Assembly (NCBI RefSeq): GCF_006345805.1
Contig: NC_043005.1
Span: forward strand, 48,174,001-48,238,000
Direction: 5' to 3'
Length of the DNA stretch: 64,000 bases
Source of the DNA: Octopus sinensis
Taxonomy: Eukaryota
Each line of letters starts with the position of its first letter. The first letter of the stretch is position 1. The notes under the pieces are model-generated. The model was given only the letters and a program-made list of their open reading frames with translations. It did no database searches and had not been told where the DNA came from. A program made the position numbers and the translations under genes. Shown in pieces: positions 26,283 to 39,674 of this stretch.

Positions 26283-26660
26283 ATATTCTTTTATTTGTTC
26301 CAGTCAATTGACTACGGTCATGCTTGAAGGATTTTAGACGGACAAATCGACCCCAGGACTTATTTTTTAAGCTTAGTACTTATTCTATCGGTTCCTTTTG
26401 CCGAACCGTTAAGTTACTGGGAAGTAAACATCAACACTGGCTGTCAAACGGTGATGAGGGGATACAGACACACACATAGATATATACATATATATATACG
26501 ACAGGCTTCTTTTAGTTTCCGCCAACCAAATCCACTCACAAAGCATTGGTCGGCCTGAGGCTATAGTAGAAGATATCTTCCGAATGTGCCACTCAGTGGG
26601 ACTGAACCCGGAACATGTGGTTAAAAAGCAAGTTCCTTATCACAAGCCACGCCTGCGCCT
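26283..26660 (-). mobile_element. SINE family B
   Basis: Reverse complement of the family consensus. Confidence 0.85.
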
Positions 26661-28195
26661 ATAATAATCTATAAAGTTTTTGAATTAGTAACTTCATCTT
26701 TAGAATGTATATGCACGATATTTACATCTGCAGTGTATTCAGAAAAAAAGTTTTCCAGTTCAAGTTCAAACTGGCGCTATGTACGGACATAACTATGAGA
26801 CAGTGAGCTGGCAGAATCGTTAGCACGCCGGACAAAATGCTTAGAAGCATATTTGGATCGAACCTAGAACCATGCGGTTGTGAAGCAAACATCTTATCCC
26901 ATTAGCAATGTTTGTTGCCATTCCCCCCCCACACACACACACACATGGAGCCTGTTACTTAGGCATAAGGCCACATATTTGTCGAGGAAGAGAAATGGAG
27001 ATATGTCTTTCTCCGGATCGTTAGGTATTCATTGAAATATACTATCTGATACACCATAGTAATGAATAGTGATAAAAAAGAATAATAAAAGAAATTAACC
27101 AAACGCATTAGTTTATCTAACAGGATTTATTTATAAATTTGGCAGAGGAAAGTTCTGTTTTGAACGAATTAATTTGTCGTGGAAATTTACAGCCTTGCCG
27201 TACTTTTGTTGAAATCCAAGTAATTTGCTGCTTTATGAAGAGAAAGAATTTGTAGAAGAAACACACAAAAGCCAATAGACGGACAAAGATAAACTTGTAA
27301 GAAAACAAGTGTAACGAGCAGCTTTTACAATGAAATGAATACAACAATCTATTTTCTCGAAATTAGACCCGTGGTGGTTGGCACCATTTTCTGGCCTCCT
27401 TCAAACAAGCTCTTCCGGATCTTTCAATCAGATTTGAATGGTACTTGGTAGAAAGACATCCGAATCTCAGACAATATCTGTGACGATATTGTGCTATTGA
27501 TTGCGTCTTTGTCACTCGCGCAACTCCAGGCAGTTTAGCAATTGGCTCCTTATAAACTACACTCGTTCATTTGTACACAATTCCTTCAATAGCTTCTAAG
27601 TTTGCCGAATTTATTTCTTATTCTGTTTTATAAACATCAGATTAAGTTATATAGCGAAAAACTAAAAGTTAGCTGATCAAAAGAAAGTTCTCCCTATTCA
27701 TGCCACAGTATTGTCATAGAATTGTCAACGAACGCTAACTAGCCCTTGTTTCTATTTCTTTATTTGAATAAAGACTAGGAATAAAATGACTAACTGAAGG
27801 CTGTAGTTGAACATCTGGATAACTAAATAGGCTTAGAGAAAAACTATAATGATAAATAGTCATTGAGTATTACAATGTAGACCTCACTTTGTTATTGTCA
27901 TCTTTGTTTTTCCTGATTAAAGTGTTGGTATTAGAACAGATGGTACTGAGCCTTGTAGCTGTACAATGGAATCTAGTTCAATGTCTCTATGATTCATATC
28001 TTGCTTCTATTAACTTCGATTTTCATTCAACACTAAAGTGGTAAAATCATACCAAACAATCACATTAAGAGTCAAAGAAATAGATTTTATCCCCACCCCC
28101 ATCCAGCCATTTTATAACACCACTCAACCATCTAAAAATAGCCACTAAATCTTCCTCAAACTACTCCCAGCTGTGCTGGGGGGAAAACGTTACGT

Positions 28196-28224
<29 letters not shown>

Positions 28225-28226
<2 letters not shown>

Positions 28227-28430
28227 TAAAGTTTCAGCTCAGAGCTGTGGCCATGCTGATGCACCGCCGTTTTGCGCTACACTGTTATTACTAGGAGCCT
28301 CCTCTAATATGTGGCACTTGATGAAGAATGGAGTTTGATATAGCTACCCTCATTTGCACCTCTTGCCGTGAGGTAGGCTCGCCCGGGACTCTCGATAGGA
28401 AGAGGTCCAGCTTTGATTTAAAAAAAACCT
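28225..28430 (-). mobile_element. CR1-group LINE 3' end in (TA)n
   Basis: Translates FKSKLDLFLSRVPGEPTSRQEVQMRVAISNSILHQVPHIRGGS*, then a 3' UTR ggcggtgcatcagcatggccacagctctgagctgaaac. Confidence 0.7.
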
Positions 28431-29244
28431 ATATATATATATATATATACACTTAAAAGTGAGATAGTCCATAATTCCGAATAGCATTGATCATAGGTTC
28501 GCTCAATCAGAGCTAGTCTAGGGCTAAACAGCAACAGTATCAACATAACTATGCTAAAAGAAGTTATCATTGCCTTCGTTATTTTTACTGTTATCGTAAT
28601 TGTCGGTCTTCGCTGGCATATTCTATCACCGTTTGTAAGAAATAAATTTAGACATTGTCAGCTATGAGTCGTGTTAGCACAGTGATGAAAGCGAACCACT
28701 ACAGATGCTTTATGTTAAACAAGAATAACTACGTTCAGGCTCTTCCCGCCTACTCCATAAATTTTAACTTTCATTCTTTGGTATTGGTTAATTTAGTTGA
28801 TCAAGAGGAATTACTATAAATACCTATACTTTCTTTTTTTTTTTTTTTTTGTTTCCTTGGAAAGAGAATGGGGTATCGTGAGAATTTTCAGGCACATTTC
28901 TGTTCCAAATTATTAGAGACAATAATGAACTGGGAGAGTGAAAAATCGGATTGCAAGCTCGTCAGTAGAGAATCTTACTGGTCGGTAACTTTCGCGCTTC
29001 GATACTCGACGTGAAATTGTCTAAAAATAAATTTGGGTCCTTTCCGAATTCTGATGTAAGATAAATGAAGTTGCCACAATAAATTTGAGGTACGTCTTTG
29101 GTAAATTATCTCAAATTTATGTAAGTTTTATTACATTTATAGCGAAAAGGAAATACCTTTCATCCATTTAACAAAATTTGACGTTTTATCATTCCTCACT
29201 CACCATACCTTCACCAAAATATTCAGTTACCTTCCTCATCATCA

Positions 29245-29291
<47 letters not shown>

Positions 29292-31852
29292 GTTATTATT
29301 ATAATTCAGTTTATCTTGAGACAATGTTATTTAACTTGAAACAAAATAATTGGTAGTTGGATATATTGAAATAATGAGTCAGAAATTTAAATTTCTATAG
29401 AACAAAATAAATTGTTTTTAATACATTATGCAAGGCTTTCGGTTTTGTTGTCTACAGTAGCGTGATTAGAGAAATAAATGGCTACATCAAAATCTATAAC
29501 CACAATGTGTATATAAGATCTTAGATTAGAATACATGGGTAAATTAGATTAGGAAAATCGATGTTTGAAATTGATGAGTAATATTCTCTAAAATAATATT
29601 GGACAGTTCTCTATTAACATAACTTCCCTCTATGAAAGCTCATCGAATCTGACATATTGAGTTAAAAACCATAACTAGAAAGTAGATCTATTTTATTCAA
29701 TTTATTTCATTTAGAAAACGCAGAGAAGCAGTTTGATTCTGAATGCTGGTAACAAATAATTTCTATCCAAAGGCACAATCATTTTTGCTTGGAAGATATG
29801 ACTTGGTCGATTGAAGTGAACCCTGAATATTTCAACTTCGTGCTTATTGATTCCAGAACTCAGAAATATTGGGTGGCAAATAAATTTCGGGGAAAATATC
29901 TGGTCTGTATGAATTGCAACGTATGCATTATATATCTACAACAGCATTTTTATTTTTATTTACTGGAATTATTTATACTTTTACTTACATGCAGGCTTCA
30001 GTCATTGGGTTGCCGCCATCCTAGAACGTCACGATCAAGGATTTTAGTTGATCATATTGAATCCAAGTTCTAATTTCAATCCTCTATTTAACTTATCCAT
30101 CTTTAATTATGGATACACTTCTGCGTAAACAGACTCAATTTCACAGATGAATATAAAAACAGACAGAAATGCAAATACACTCTCACACGTATGTATTTCT
30201 GTGTGAAGTAAAAAAAAAAATCATAGCTCTGTGCACATCGAATGGTGTGGGTTTCTCGAGTTGGCGTGTACAGAGGTAGCAGATATCATTCTAGGACAGA
30301 GATCGTTCCCACACGCAATAGTCGAGCTAACTTTAATGTACAGATAATTTAGGAGCTAGAACTTCTGTTTGTGTTGCCATGGTACAAAAAAAGGTACTCG
30401 AAAGATTACAAGAATACACATCCTTACTTTTATTAACATATTCTGCATCTAAAAGGCACTGAGCAGGCAGAATCATTAGCATGCCAAATAAAATGCTTAG
30501 CGGCATTTCGTCCGTCTTTACCTTCTGAGTTCAAATTCTGCCGAGGTCCACTTTATCTTTCATCTTTTCAGGGGTCGATAAAATAAGTACGAGTTGAACA
30601 CTGAGGTCGATGTAATCGATCCGTCCCCTCCCTTAAAACTGTTGGCCTTGTGCCAAAACTTGAAATTAATATTATTACTATTATTAAATTGATCAGTGAG
30701 CTGGCAGAATCGTTAGCGAGCCTTTCGTCCGTCTCTACGTTCTGAGTTCAAATTCCACTGAAGGCGATTTGCCTTTCATTTTTTTAGGGGTCGATAAAAT
30801 AAATATCAGTTGAGTACTGAGGTCGATGTAATCGACTTACCCTCTCCCCTTGAAATTGCTGGCCTTGTGCTAAAATTTGAACCCAATACATTCAGAATTA
30901 ATTTTGTAACAGTAGCACAAGATCACATATATTGGAGTGGTGGTGGAAGGAGTTGATATCATCGACCCAGTATTTAATTGGTACTTTATTTTGACAACAT
31001 CCTCGGAAAGATGAAAAATTATTTTTAATCTTTGCAGGGTTGTTTAATATTGATTTCTTACATTGGAACACGGACTGAAATGGTGGGGGTGGTGAGAACA
31101 GTCAATAATATCGATTTGACTAGTACTTTATTTTATCACCCATTTCCATGAAGGATGAAAGGTGAAGTCAAGCGTGTCATAATTGTTCGATATTTATGAA
31201 ATAAATGAATGGTTAGATGTTAGAACATGAATTAAATTCTTCAATATTTTATATAAGCTTCCTTAATTTCTTTGGCGATCCTTTGAAAAATAGATGTGGA
31301 GCGTTAAAAAGCTTTAGCAGTTTAAAATACTGACTAATGACTAACAAACGTCTACACAAAATGCTTTCCAATATTTTTTGATATCCAATCGTTTTGTTCC
31401 ATCGGTTTATTACATACTGAAAATTTATAATGAGTCGAACTAACTGTCTTTGGTATTGGGGATTTTTATCTTCGCGTATTGAGGTCGAATCTTATCCTGC
31501 TTAATCATGTCTTATTCTTTCTATAGTCGAAAAAGTAAGTAGCTGTTGTGGATGTTACGGTCGTTGTTTATCGTTAATACAGCTCTGATCAAGACGACCT
31601 ATGATGATAGGATTTCCACCTTGCTTTGTGAGTATATTGGATCATATTCTCCTGATTTGACCATTTAAAACGATAGGATATATTTGGAGAAAGATTTAGC
31701 TGCTACTTCTTGTAGAGAGATCGACTACATAGATAGACATTCGAAAGCTACAACAATCCGAGGAAGCACACTAGGCTCCGTCGAAACAGTGATATATATA
31801 TATATTTGCTATTGAATATATTTACTTAAATTAGAAATCTTTATTATTTTTT

Positions 31853-32015
31853 GGGCGCAGGAGTGGCTGTGTGGTAAGTAGCTTGCTTACCAACAACATG
31901 GTTATGGGTTCAGTCCCACTGCATGACACCTTGGGCAAGTGTCTTCTACTATAGCCTCGGGCCGACCAAAGCCTTGTGAGTGGATTTGGTTGACGGAAAC
32001 TGAAAGAAGCCCGTC

Positions 32016-32071
<56 letters not shown>

Positions 32072-32270
32072 ATGTTTGTGTGTCTGTGTTTGTCCCCCCA
32101 ACATCGCTTGACAACCGATGCTGGTGTGTTTGCGTCGCCGTCACTTAGCAGTTCGGCAAGAGAGACCGATAGAATAAGTACTAGGCTTATAAAGAATTTG
32201 CTCGACTAAAGGCGGTGCTCCAGCGTGGTCGCAGTCAAATGACTGAAACAAATAAAAACAATAAAAGAAT
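31853..32270 (+). mobile_element. SINE family B, near-consensus full length
   Basis: tRNA-like head, ccttgggcaagtgtctt core, internal (TA)n(TG)n, stem-loop tail. Confidence 0.9.
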
Positions 32271-32784
32271 ATTTAGTGAGAGTAAGAGACACAGCTGCTA
32301 CATTTGTAGATTCTTCAGTTGCTGCTTGTTGATAGCGCAGAGGTTGATGGGGATATGAAAAAACATGAGTATGGGAAGAATTACACGAGACTAATATTTT
32401 GAGTAAGCAGTTATGAGAAGCGTTTTTGTACAGTGATTAATGGATGGTATATAGGAAGACAGTGGTGAATATATCGGGGTAGTTTGTTCGAAAGTAATAT
32501 TAGTTCAACAGAACAGAAATAATTGCAGTATCCAAAACTTAGTAACACACCTGAACCTTGTCCTTCAGTGTTGTGTTTTCAGTGGAGTTCAATTTGCTGC
32601 AAACTTTTGGGCCTGGTCCACGATTTTACCTTTATTCGGTATTTAAATACCTTTCTTCATAATCCATGGTCTCTTCCTCCACCTTTTTCCTTCCAGTTTC
32701 AGAGACCTTTGGTTAGAAGGTCAAAGACACTGTCCTTTCTTCTCTGGTTTAGCCATAATAATGAAAGAAGAGAGGCAGAAGAGA

Positions 32785-33138
32785 TATTTCTTTATTAACC
32801 TATAAAGGTTTTACATAGTGGGGACATTACAAGGACAGACAAGGGACATTCAGGGTACAAACTCGCTTCTTACATACAGTGTGAAAAACCGGATGGATTT
32901 ACATATATTTTGAATGAGGGTTAAAAATATACATATAAACGATGATCGGATGAGTTTTGGGTCCGAGTTAGTGAGTTAACTCGCCGGTTGGTTATCCTTT
33001 TTGGTAATCTTTTTCCTTCCTTTTATGCTCCGACCGACCGTGCAAGCACAGCCTCGTGCATTCTCATCTTTCTTACCACTGTCGTCCATCTTTTTCCAAA
33101 CGCTCTTTGTGGCAGGCTCCTCCTCTCCAGGCGGATCT
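32785..33138 (-). mobile_element. 5'-truncated Tx1-family LINE (different subfamily)
   Basis: IRLERRSLPQRAFGKRWTTVVRKM aligns with the ORF2 end LWLEKRCLSECTFQKRWKYVARVL; ends aataaagaaat; imperfect TSD agaga(g/ga)..cagaagaga. Confidence 0.8.
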
Positions 33139-34629
33139 AGAGAGACAGAAGAGAAAAGATGTAAAGAGGATCCAGCTGTTTTAAAGTGTTGGAGAATTAT
33201 TGGCCAAATAATGAGGTTTTGAACAATGACCAGGATGGCACTGAAGCAACACCATCCTCGTCATGTAATTAGAAGTAAAATGTGGTCGTTATTTGTACCC
33301 TGTAGAGAGTTATAGACTGTCTGCTCCTGAAGAGGAAGTCCAGCTTTTGTGATGCACTTTTGCCACTATATGTATGTCCATCAAAACCTAAGAAGTTTAG
33401 TAATTGTTACGACTTTCAAGACCTTATTTGTTTTTGCGTTGTTCACGTATCATATACGTATATTGAAAGAGTGTTGGTTCAAAATGACTGTGTTGACATA
33501 TACACATTGACGGCTATTTGTGTCTGTTTTGATATTATAACATGTTATTACTGCGTGAGCACTGTAGTTCATAGTGCGATCCTGGTGAGCTGAGTCTGCA
33601 CCAAAGATTTGAGTTTCACTTAGATTCGTTATGTTTCTCATTTCCTCTGTACCTCTGACTTAGTCTACTGTCAATATCTTGGAGAAAGTTAACTCACTGC
33701 ATACCTAAAATTACTACTGGCGCTGATATGACGGTGTGGTTATGAAGATAACTTCACGACTACACATGGTTTAGGGTTTGATCCCATTGCAGACCGCCGT
33801 AAGCAAATGTCTTCTACTATAGCTTCAGGTCGACTAAGGTATTTTAATAGACAGAAACAGTACGGTAGCCAACTGGAAGGATTGTGTTTTATGAATTTAA
33901 TCCATTGCACAGTCAACGACTATCACTTGGATCTTCGTCTGCCTCTAGCAGTGTTCACTTTGTAGCAAACATTCGAGACTGCACTCCGGTCTGTGGATAA
34001 AATCTTAACTTCTCACCAGATACAGAGGTTATGAACAAAGCCATAAAAAAGACTTTTTGATATTAGTTGATCCAGTGTGTTAAAGATCTTTTCTTCTTTT
34101 ATTTTTCACATAACCACAAGCTAGTAATTCCATTCTGTGGTATCTTTCAAGTAAAAGATAACACAGAATGGTATAACTAGCAGAGCACATTTCTCAAGAC
34201 TGGTGTACTTTTTGAGATAGTGCACGGATCCTTGTCATTAAAAGTTCAAGTAATTAAACTGAAGCACTAAAAGCATATTACGTGCAGGTAGAGAACATTT
34301 TCAGTTGGTGATCTAATTCTGACATACCTGATATGAATATTAGATCTTTTATGCAAACATACTCGCAGACATACATACTTATTTTAGTATTTATTACATA
34401 TATCTAGGATTTAATTAATAATTGCTTCTGTTTAGCAAAGTTAGTTTCATATTATTTAATTTGTTTAGCTTCAGTAGTGGATCAATTTAATACATTTCAA
34501 TTAATTAAGGTTTGCATCTAATTTTAGTGGTGTTTGTTCCACCATAAAAATTAATTAAAATTTTGTTTGCTTGATAGTAGGATGGTTATTTGTAATTATC
34601 CATATAAATGCTAATATTCCTCTTGTATA

Positions 34630-35016
34630 AGGCAGCGAGCTGGTAGAAACGTTAGCACGCCGGGTGAAATGCGTAGCAGCATTTCGTCTGCTGTTACGTT
34701 CTGAGTTCAAATTCCACCAAGGTCGACTTTGCCTTTCATCCTTTCGGGATCGATTAAATAAGTACCAGTTACGCACTAGGGTTGATCTAATCGACTTAAT
34801 CCGTTTGTCTGTCCTTGTTCGTCCCCTCTGTGTTTAGCCCCTTCTGGGTAGTAAAGAAATAGGTATTTATTTTGTTCTGAGTTCAAATTCCGCCGAGGTC
34901 GACTTTGCTTTCATCCTTTCGGGGTCGACAAATTAAGTATCAGTTGTATACTGGGGTCGATCTAATCAACTGGCTCCCTCCTCCAAAATTTCGGGCCTTG
35001 TGCCTAGAGTAGAAAA
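34630..35016 (+). mobile_element. Nested SINE A dimer
   Basis: Outer 18-bp TSD taatattcctcttgtata (34612-34629, 35017-35034); internal junction gtaaagaaat|aggtattt. Confidence 0.9.
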
Positions 35017-35982
35017 TAATATTCCTCTTGTATACGATGTCAGGCATTTTATTTTTCTCGCTAAATGCTATTTTATTCAACTTTACATTGAGTTTGTAAA
35101 TTTTAGTAGTCCAGCATATAAAAACCAAAAGCACTCAGCTCTAAAATTTTCTCAGTTGCTTTCTTATTCCCTTGACATCTTCAGCGTAAAATTCACTTTT
35201 GTTTATTGATAGTTCCTTTCCTACGAATCCACTTTCTTAGATGAAATAGCTGTTGTGGTTTCTCACTGAATATATCTTCTAAAGATCTTCTCCTGAGTAT
35301 CCTCGAGAGGTTCGCTTCATTTAACACAGAGGTTTTACACCCAACTCATAATGAATTAAGTGTTTCTGAAAATCTCTTTGTTCGATAGCTTCAATACTGA
35401 TAAAACAACTGATGATGGCTGAATCTTTACAATGTCGAACGGCGAACTGCAGGGTTGATGGATCGCATCCAAGCATTTCAGGTCAGAAGACTTAACTCTT
35501 GTCTCTTCATTGTTCCTGTATGGAAGAATATATGATTATGCAAATAGCTAGGGTTGTAGATTGGCACAATCGTCAGGAGAAATATTTTGTGGTATTCGTT
35601 TTGTAGTATTTACATTCTAAGTTCAAAACTTGGCGAGGTCATCTTCCTGGGTCGATAAAATAAAATATCAGTGTCATTCTGTAGTCGATGTAATTGACGG
35701 ACACCCCCATTCTTAAAATTTCTGGCCTTGTCCCTAAATTAGAAATGGTTACACAAGGCGCGTGCCTTAGTGGATAGGTATTCGGCTCTCGGTCGTAAGG
35801 TCGTGAGTTCCATTCCTGACAGCACACTGTGTGCTTGAGGAAGTCACTTTATTTTTCGTTGCGCTAGTCCATTCAGGTAGCAAAACTGAGTTGTACCTAT
35901 GATTCAAAGGGACATCCTTTGTCACATTCTGTGTCACGCTACATCTTCCTGGGAATTACAATTAGGGTACGTGTGTCTTATA

Positions 35983-36215
35983 GAAGGCGGCGAGCTGGCA
36001 GAAACGTTAGCACGCAGGGCGAAATGCGTAGCCGTATTTCGTCTGCTGTTACGTCCTGAGTTCAAATTCTGCCGAGGTCGATTTTGCCTTTCATCATTTC
36101 GGGGTCGATAAATTAAGTACCAGTTACGCACTGGGGTTGATATAATCGACTTAATCCGTTTGTCTGTCCTTGTTTGTCCTCTCTGTGTTTAGCCCCTTGT
36201 GGGTAGTAAAGAAAT
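35983..36215 (+). mobile_element. SINE A inserted into another SINE (35755-36335)
   Basis: 13-bp TSD ggtacgtgtgtct (35966-35978, 36217-36229). Confidence 0.9.
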
Positions 36216-36507
36216 AGGTACGTGTGTCTGTTGAGTACTCAGCCACTTGCACGTTAATTTCACGGGCAGGGTATTCCCTTGACTGGATCAACTGAAACCT
36301 TTGCCGTCGTAACTGAGTGCCAGGCCACAGCCACAACTAACTGATTGGAAACCACATCTCTACAAATCAAGCTATACCATCTAGGGAGTTTTTGTTTTCT
36401 AATTGCCAGGGTCAGTTGATAGAAGTTTACAATTCACTAAGTGATTTATGTGAGACTTTAATGTATTTACACAATTTTTGTTAAGTTTTCAGGGTTTTTT
36501 TCACATA

Positions 36508-36648
36508 TTAGGTTGTCCCAAAAGTTCGTAAACACTTGCGAAAATTGAATTTTTACTCGCCATGTACTAACAAAAACAACAAAAATTATTCCTCAAAATA
36601 AAAACCATTATTTTCCAAGACTTTCTACGAACTTTTGGGACAACCTTA
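36508..36648. mobile_element. mariner-type MITE (141 bp)
   Basis: TIRs ttaggttgtcccaaaagttcgta / tacgaacttttgggacaacctta; TA TSD; the empty site is visible in the other palindrome arm. Confidence 0.92.
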
Positions 36649-36833
36649 TATTAATTCATAATCTTGTGATTACTAAATGAAAACCTATTTTAAATTTTTA
36701 TTAAATTCATTGTATTGTGTAAAACACTATTAAATAAGAATAGTCACAAGAACTTAGAACTAGTTTGCTAGTGATTTAACGAAATTGAAATATAAATAAA
36801 GACACATTTTATTTCATCAAGAAATTACAAAGA

Positions 36834-36878
36834 TCTGGTCCACGAATGTGGGCGTGGGTTCGAATACCACTCCTGACA
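36834..36878 (+). pseudogene. 3' half of tRNA-Leu (mirror copy at 37183-37227, minus)
   Basis: tctggt-ccacgaatgtgg (variable arm)-gcgtgggttcgaataccactcctgaca; no 5' half found. Confidence 0.8.
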
Positions 36879-36889
36879 ACCGCATTCTT

Positions 36890-37683
36890 AGGCGCAGGAG
36901 TGGCTGTGTGGAAAGTAGCTCGCTTACCAACCACATGGTTCCGGGTTCATTCCCACTGCGTGGCAACTTGGGCAAGTGTCTTCTACTATAGCCCCGGGCC
37001 GACCAAAGCCTTGTGAGTGGATTTGGTAGACGGAAACTGAAAGAAGCCCGTCGTATATATGTATATATGCTATAGTAGAAGACACTTGCCCAAGGTGCCA
37101 CGCAGTGGGAATGAACCCGGAACCATGTGGTTGGTAAGCGAGCTACTTTCCACACAGCCACTCCTGCGCCTAAGAATGCGGTTGTCAGGAGTGGTATTCG
37201 AACCCACGCCCACAGTCGTGGACCAGATCTTTGTAATTTCTTGATTAAATCAAATGTGTCTTTATTTATATTTCAATTTCGTTAAATCACTAGCAAACTA
37301 GTTCTAAGTTCTTGTGACTATTCTTATTTAATAGTGTTTTACACAATACAATGAATTTAATAAAAATTTAAAATAGGTGTTCATTTAGTAATCACAAAAT
37401 TATGAATTAATATGTGAAAAAACCCTCTGAAAACTTAATATATATATATATATATGTATGTGTATATGTTTGTGTGTCTGTGTTTGTTCCCCAACATCAC
37501 TTGACAACCGATGCTGGTGTGTTTCCGCCCGACCCCGTAACCTAGCGGTTCGGCAAATGACACCGATAGAATAAGTACTAGGCTTCCAAAGAATAAGTCC
37601 TGGGGGCGATTTGCTCGACTAAAGGCTGTGCTCCAGCATGGCCCCAGTCAAATAACTGAAACAAGTAAAAGAGTAAAAGAGTA
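36890..37683 (+). mobile_element. SINE family B interrupted in its (TA)n by the inverted arm
   Basis: Head at 36890-37053; the tail resumes after 37439. Confidence 0.88.
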
Positions 37684-39255
37684 GCTGTATCGTTCAAAAT
37701 AATCGAAGAAATTCCATCCTTTTTAAAATTAAATGTATTGAATAGTTTTCACATATTTCAATATTTAGATTTCTAAGTTGATCACAAATTCTATTTAAAA
37801 ATGTAACTCATTGTCTAAGAACTGCTCTGTACAATACGTTCTTCATATTTTCTCTATTAAGAAAAGTTCTTAAGTTTTCTCACAACAAAGATAAGTCCAT
37901 TGTATTCCAATTTCTAATATAAATCGCTAAATCCTATCACTAAATAAAGGTAACATAGTGTCCGTATGACAAAGAGAAGTCCTTCACTATTGTTAGTCGA
38001 ATAATATGGGTTCTCTCGTTGCGTTACTTTTACTAAGATTGCTTGTAGTCTCACTTTACAAGTTGAAGACGTGAATGAGCTTTGTTTTAAACTTAAATAA
38101 TATCCTCTCCATCACATCACTGGCTAGTATCTTCACGTGGATCGCAACAAATGTCATTTCATTTCCTTCATTTCTGTTTAACAAATATTTTATAAACAAA
38201 GGATAACGAAAGAATTTATTTCGGAAACTTAGAAGTGTCCATAATTCTAGATTCATTTTCATTAAAAATAAATATAGATTTCATGTACTTTGCGAAACTC
38301 GAATCTATGATGTATATGTTGAACAATTTTAAATTGTTAGCAAATAATGGTTTTCTTTTATTACAATTCCATTCACATCTACAACGCAAGATAGGAATAT
38401 AAATCAATGTAAATTCTTGACCAGTGCTTTATTTCAATGACCCTAGAAAGATAAATAGTTAAGCTGATATCAATAGGATTTGAACCCAGAACGTAGAAAT
38501 CAGTTAGTAAATATTGATTTCAAATTTTGGCACAAGACCAGCAAATTCGGGGGAGAGAGCTAGTCGATTATATCAACCCCAGTACTTAGACTGGTACTTA
38601 TTTTATCGATTCCGAAATGCAAAGTGGAATTTGAACTCAGAACAAGTAAAGACGGAAGAAATTCTTAGACAAGAGGCACAGAATTTGACGTCAGGAAGAA
38701 TCCTCTATTCTAAATTCCCAAAAGTAATATTCCTAAACATGGTTGAGTCTAGCACTCCGGACAAAATCCTTAGCAGTGTTTCATCCGTCTTTACGTTCTG
38801 GGTTCAAATGCCACCGAGGTCGAATTTACCTCTCAGCCCTTGGGAAGTCGATGAAATAAGAAGCAGTTGAGCACTGGAGTCAATGTAACCGACTTATTCT
38901 TTTCTTCGAAACTACTGGCCTTGTGCCAAAATTTGAAACTAGTATATAGTAACTGCGAAGGCGGCGAGCCGGAGGAATCGTTCGCACACCCGACAACATG
39001 CTTGTCGGCATTTCGTCTGTCTTTACCCATTCTGAGTTCAAATTCCACCGAGGTCGACTTTGCCTTTCATCCTTTCGGGGGTTGATAAAATAAGTACAAG
39101 TTGAGCACTGGTATCAATGTAATCGACTTAACCTCTCCCCCGAAACTGCTGGCCTTGTGCCAAAATTTGAAATTGATATAGGGTTGAGTCACCTGAGAAG
39201 AGAATTTATAGGGAAATAGTTGCGTCTACAAACCACAAAACAAACATATATTTAT

Positions 39256-39674
39256 TTCTTTATTGCCCACAAGGGGCTAAACATAGAGAGGACAAACAAG
39301 GACAGACAAAGGGATTGAGTCGATAACACTGACCCCAGTGCATAACTGGTACTTATTTGATCGACCCCGAAAGGATGAAAGGCAAAGTCGAACTCGGCAG
39401 AATTTGAACTCAGAACGTAACGGCAGACGAAATACCTATTTCTATTTCTTTACTACCCACAAGGGGCTAAACACAGAGAGGACGAACAAGGTCAGACAAA
39501 CGGATCAAGTCGATTATATCAACCCCAGTACGTAACTGGTACTTATTTAATCGACCCCAAAAGGATGAAAGGCAAAGTCGACCTCGGCGGAATTCGAACT
39601 CAGAACGTAACGGCAGACGAAATACGGCTACGCATTTCGCCCGGCGTGCTAACGTTTCTGCCTGCTCGCCGCCC
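39256..39674 (-). mobile_element. Nested SINE A dimer, both units with Tx1-type tails
   Basis: Junction gtaaagaaatagaaat|aggtatttcgtctgccgttac; outer TSD aaaacaaacatatatt. Confidence 0.9.

Larger units (their letters stand above)
36481..37438. repeat. Large inverted duplication (~370-bp arms, 76-bp spacer)
   Basis: 36481-36992 (excluding the MITE) is the reverse complement of 37069-37438 with few mismatches. Confidence 0.95.

Noticed and set aside
27363-27615. Minus-strand ~80-codon frame with one in-frame TGA (selenoprotein idea)
   Set aside because: No start or compatible acceptor, no recognisable family, and no SECIS identified.
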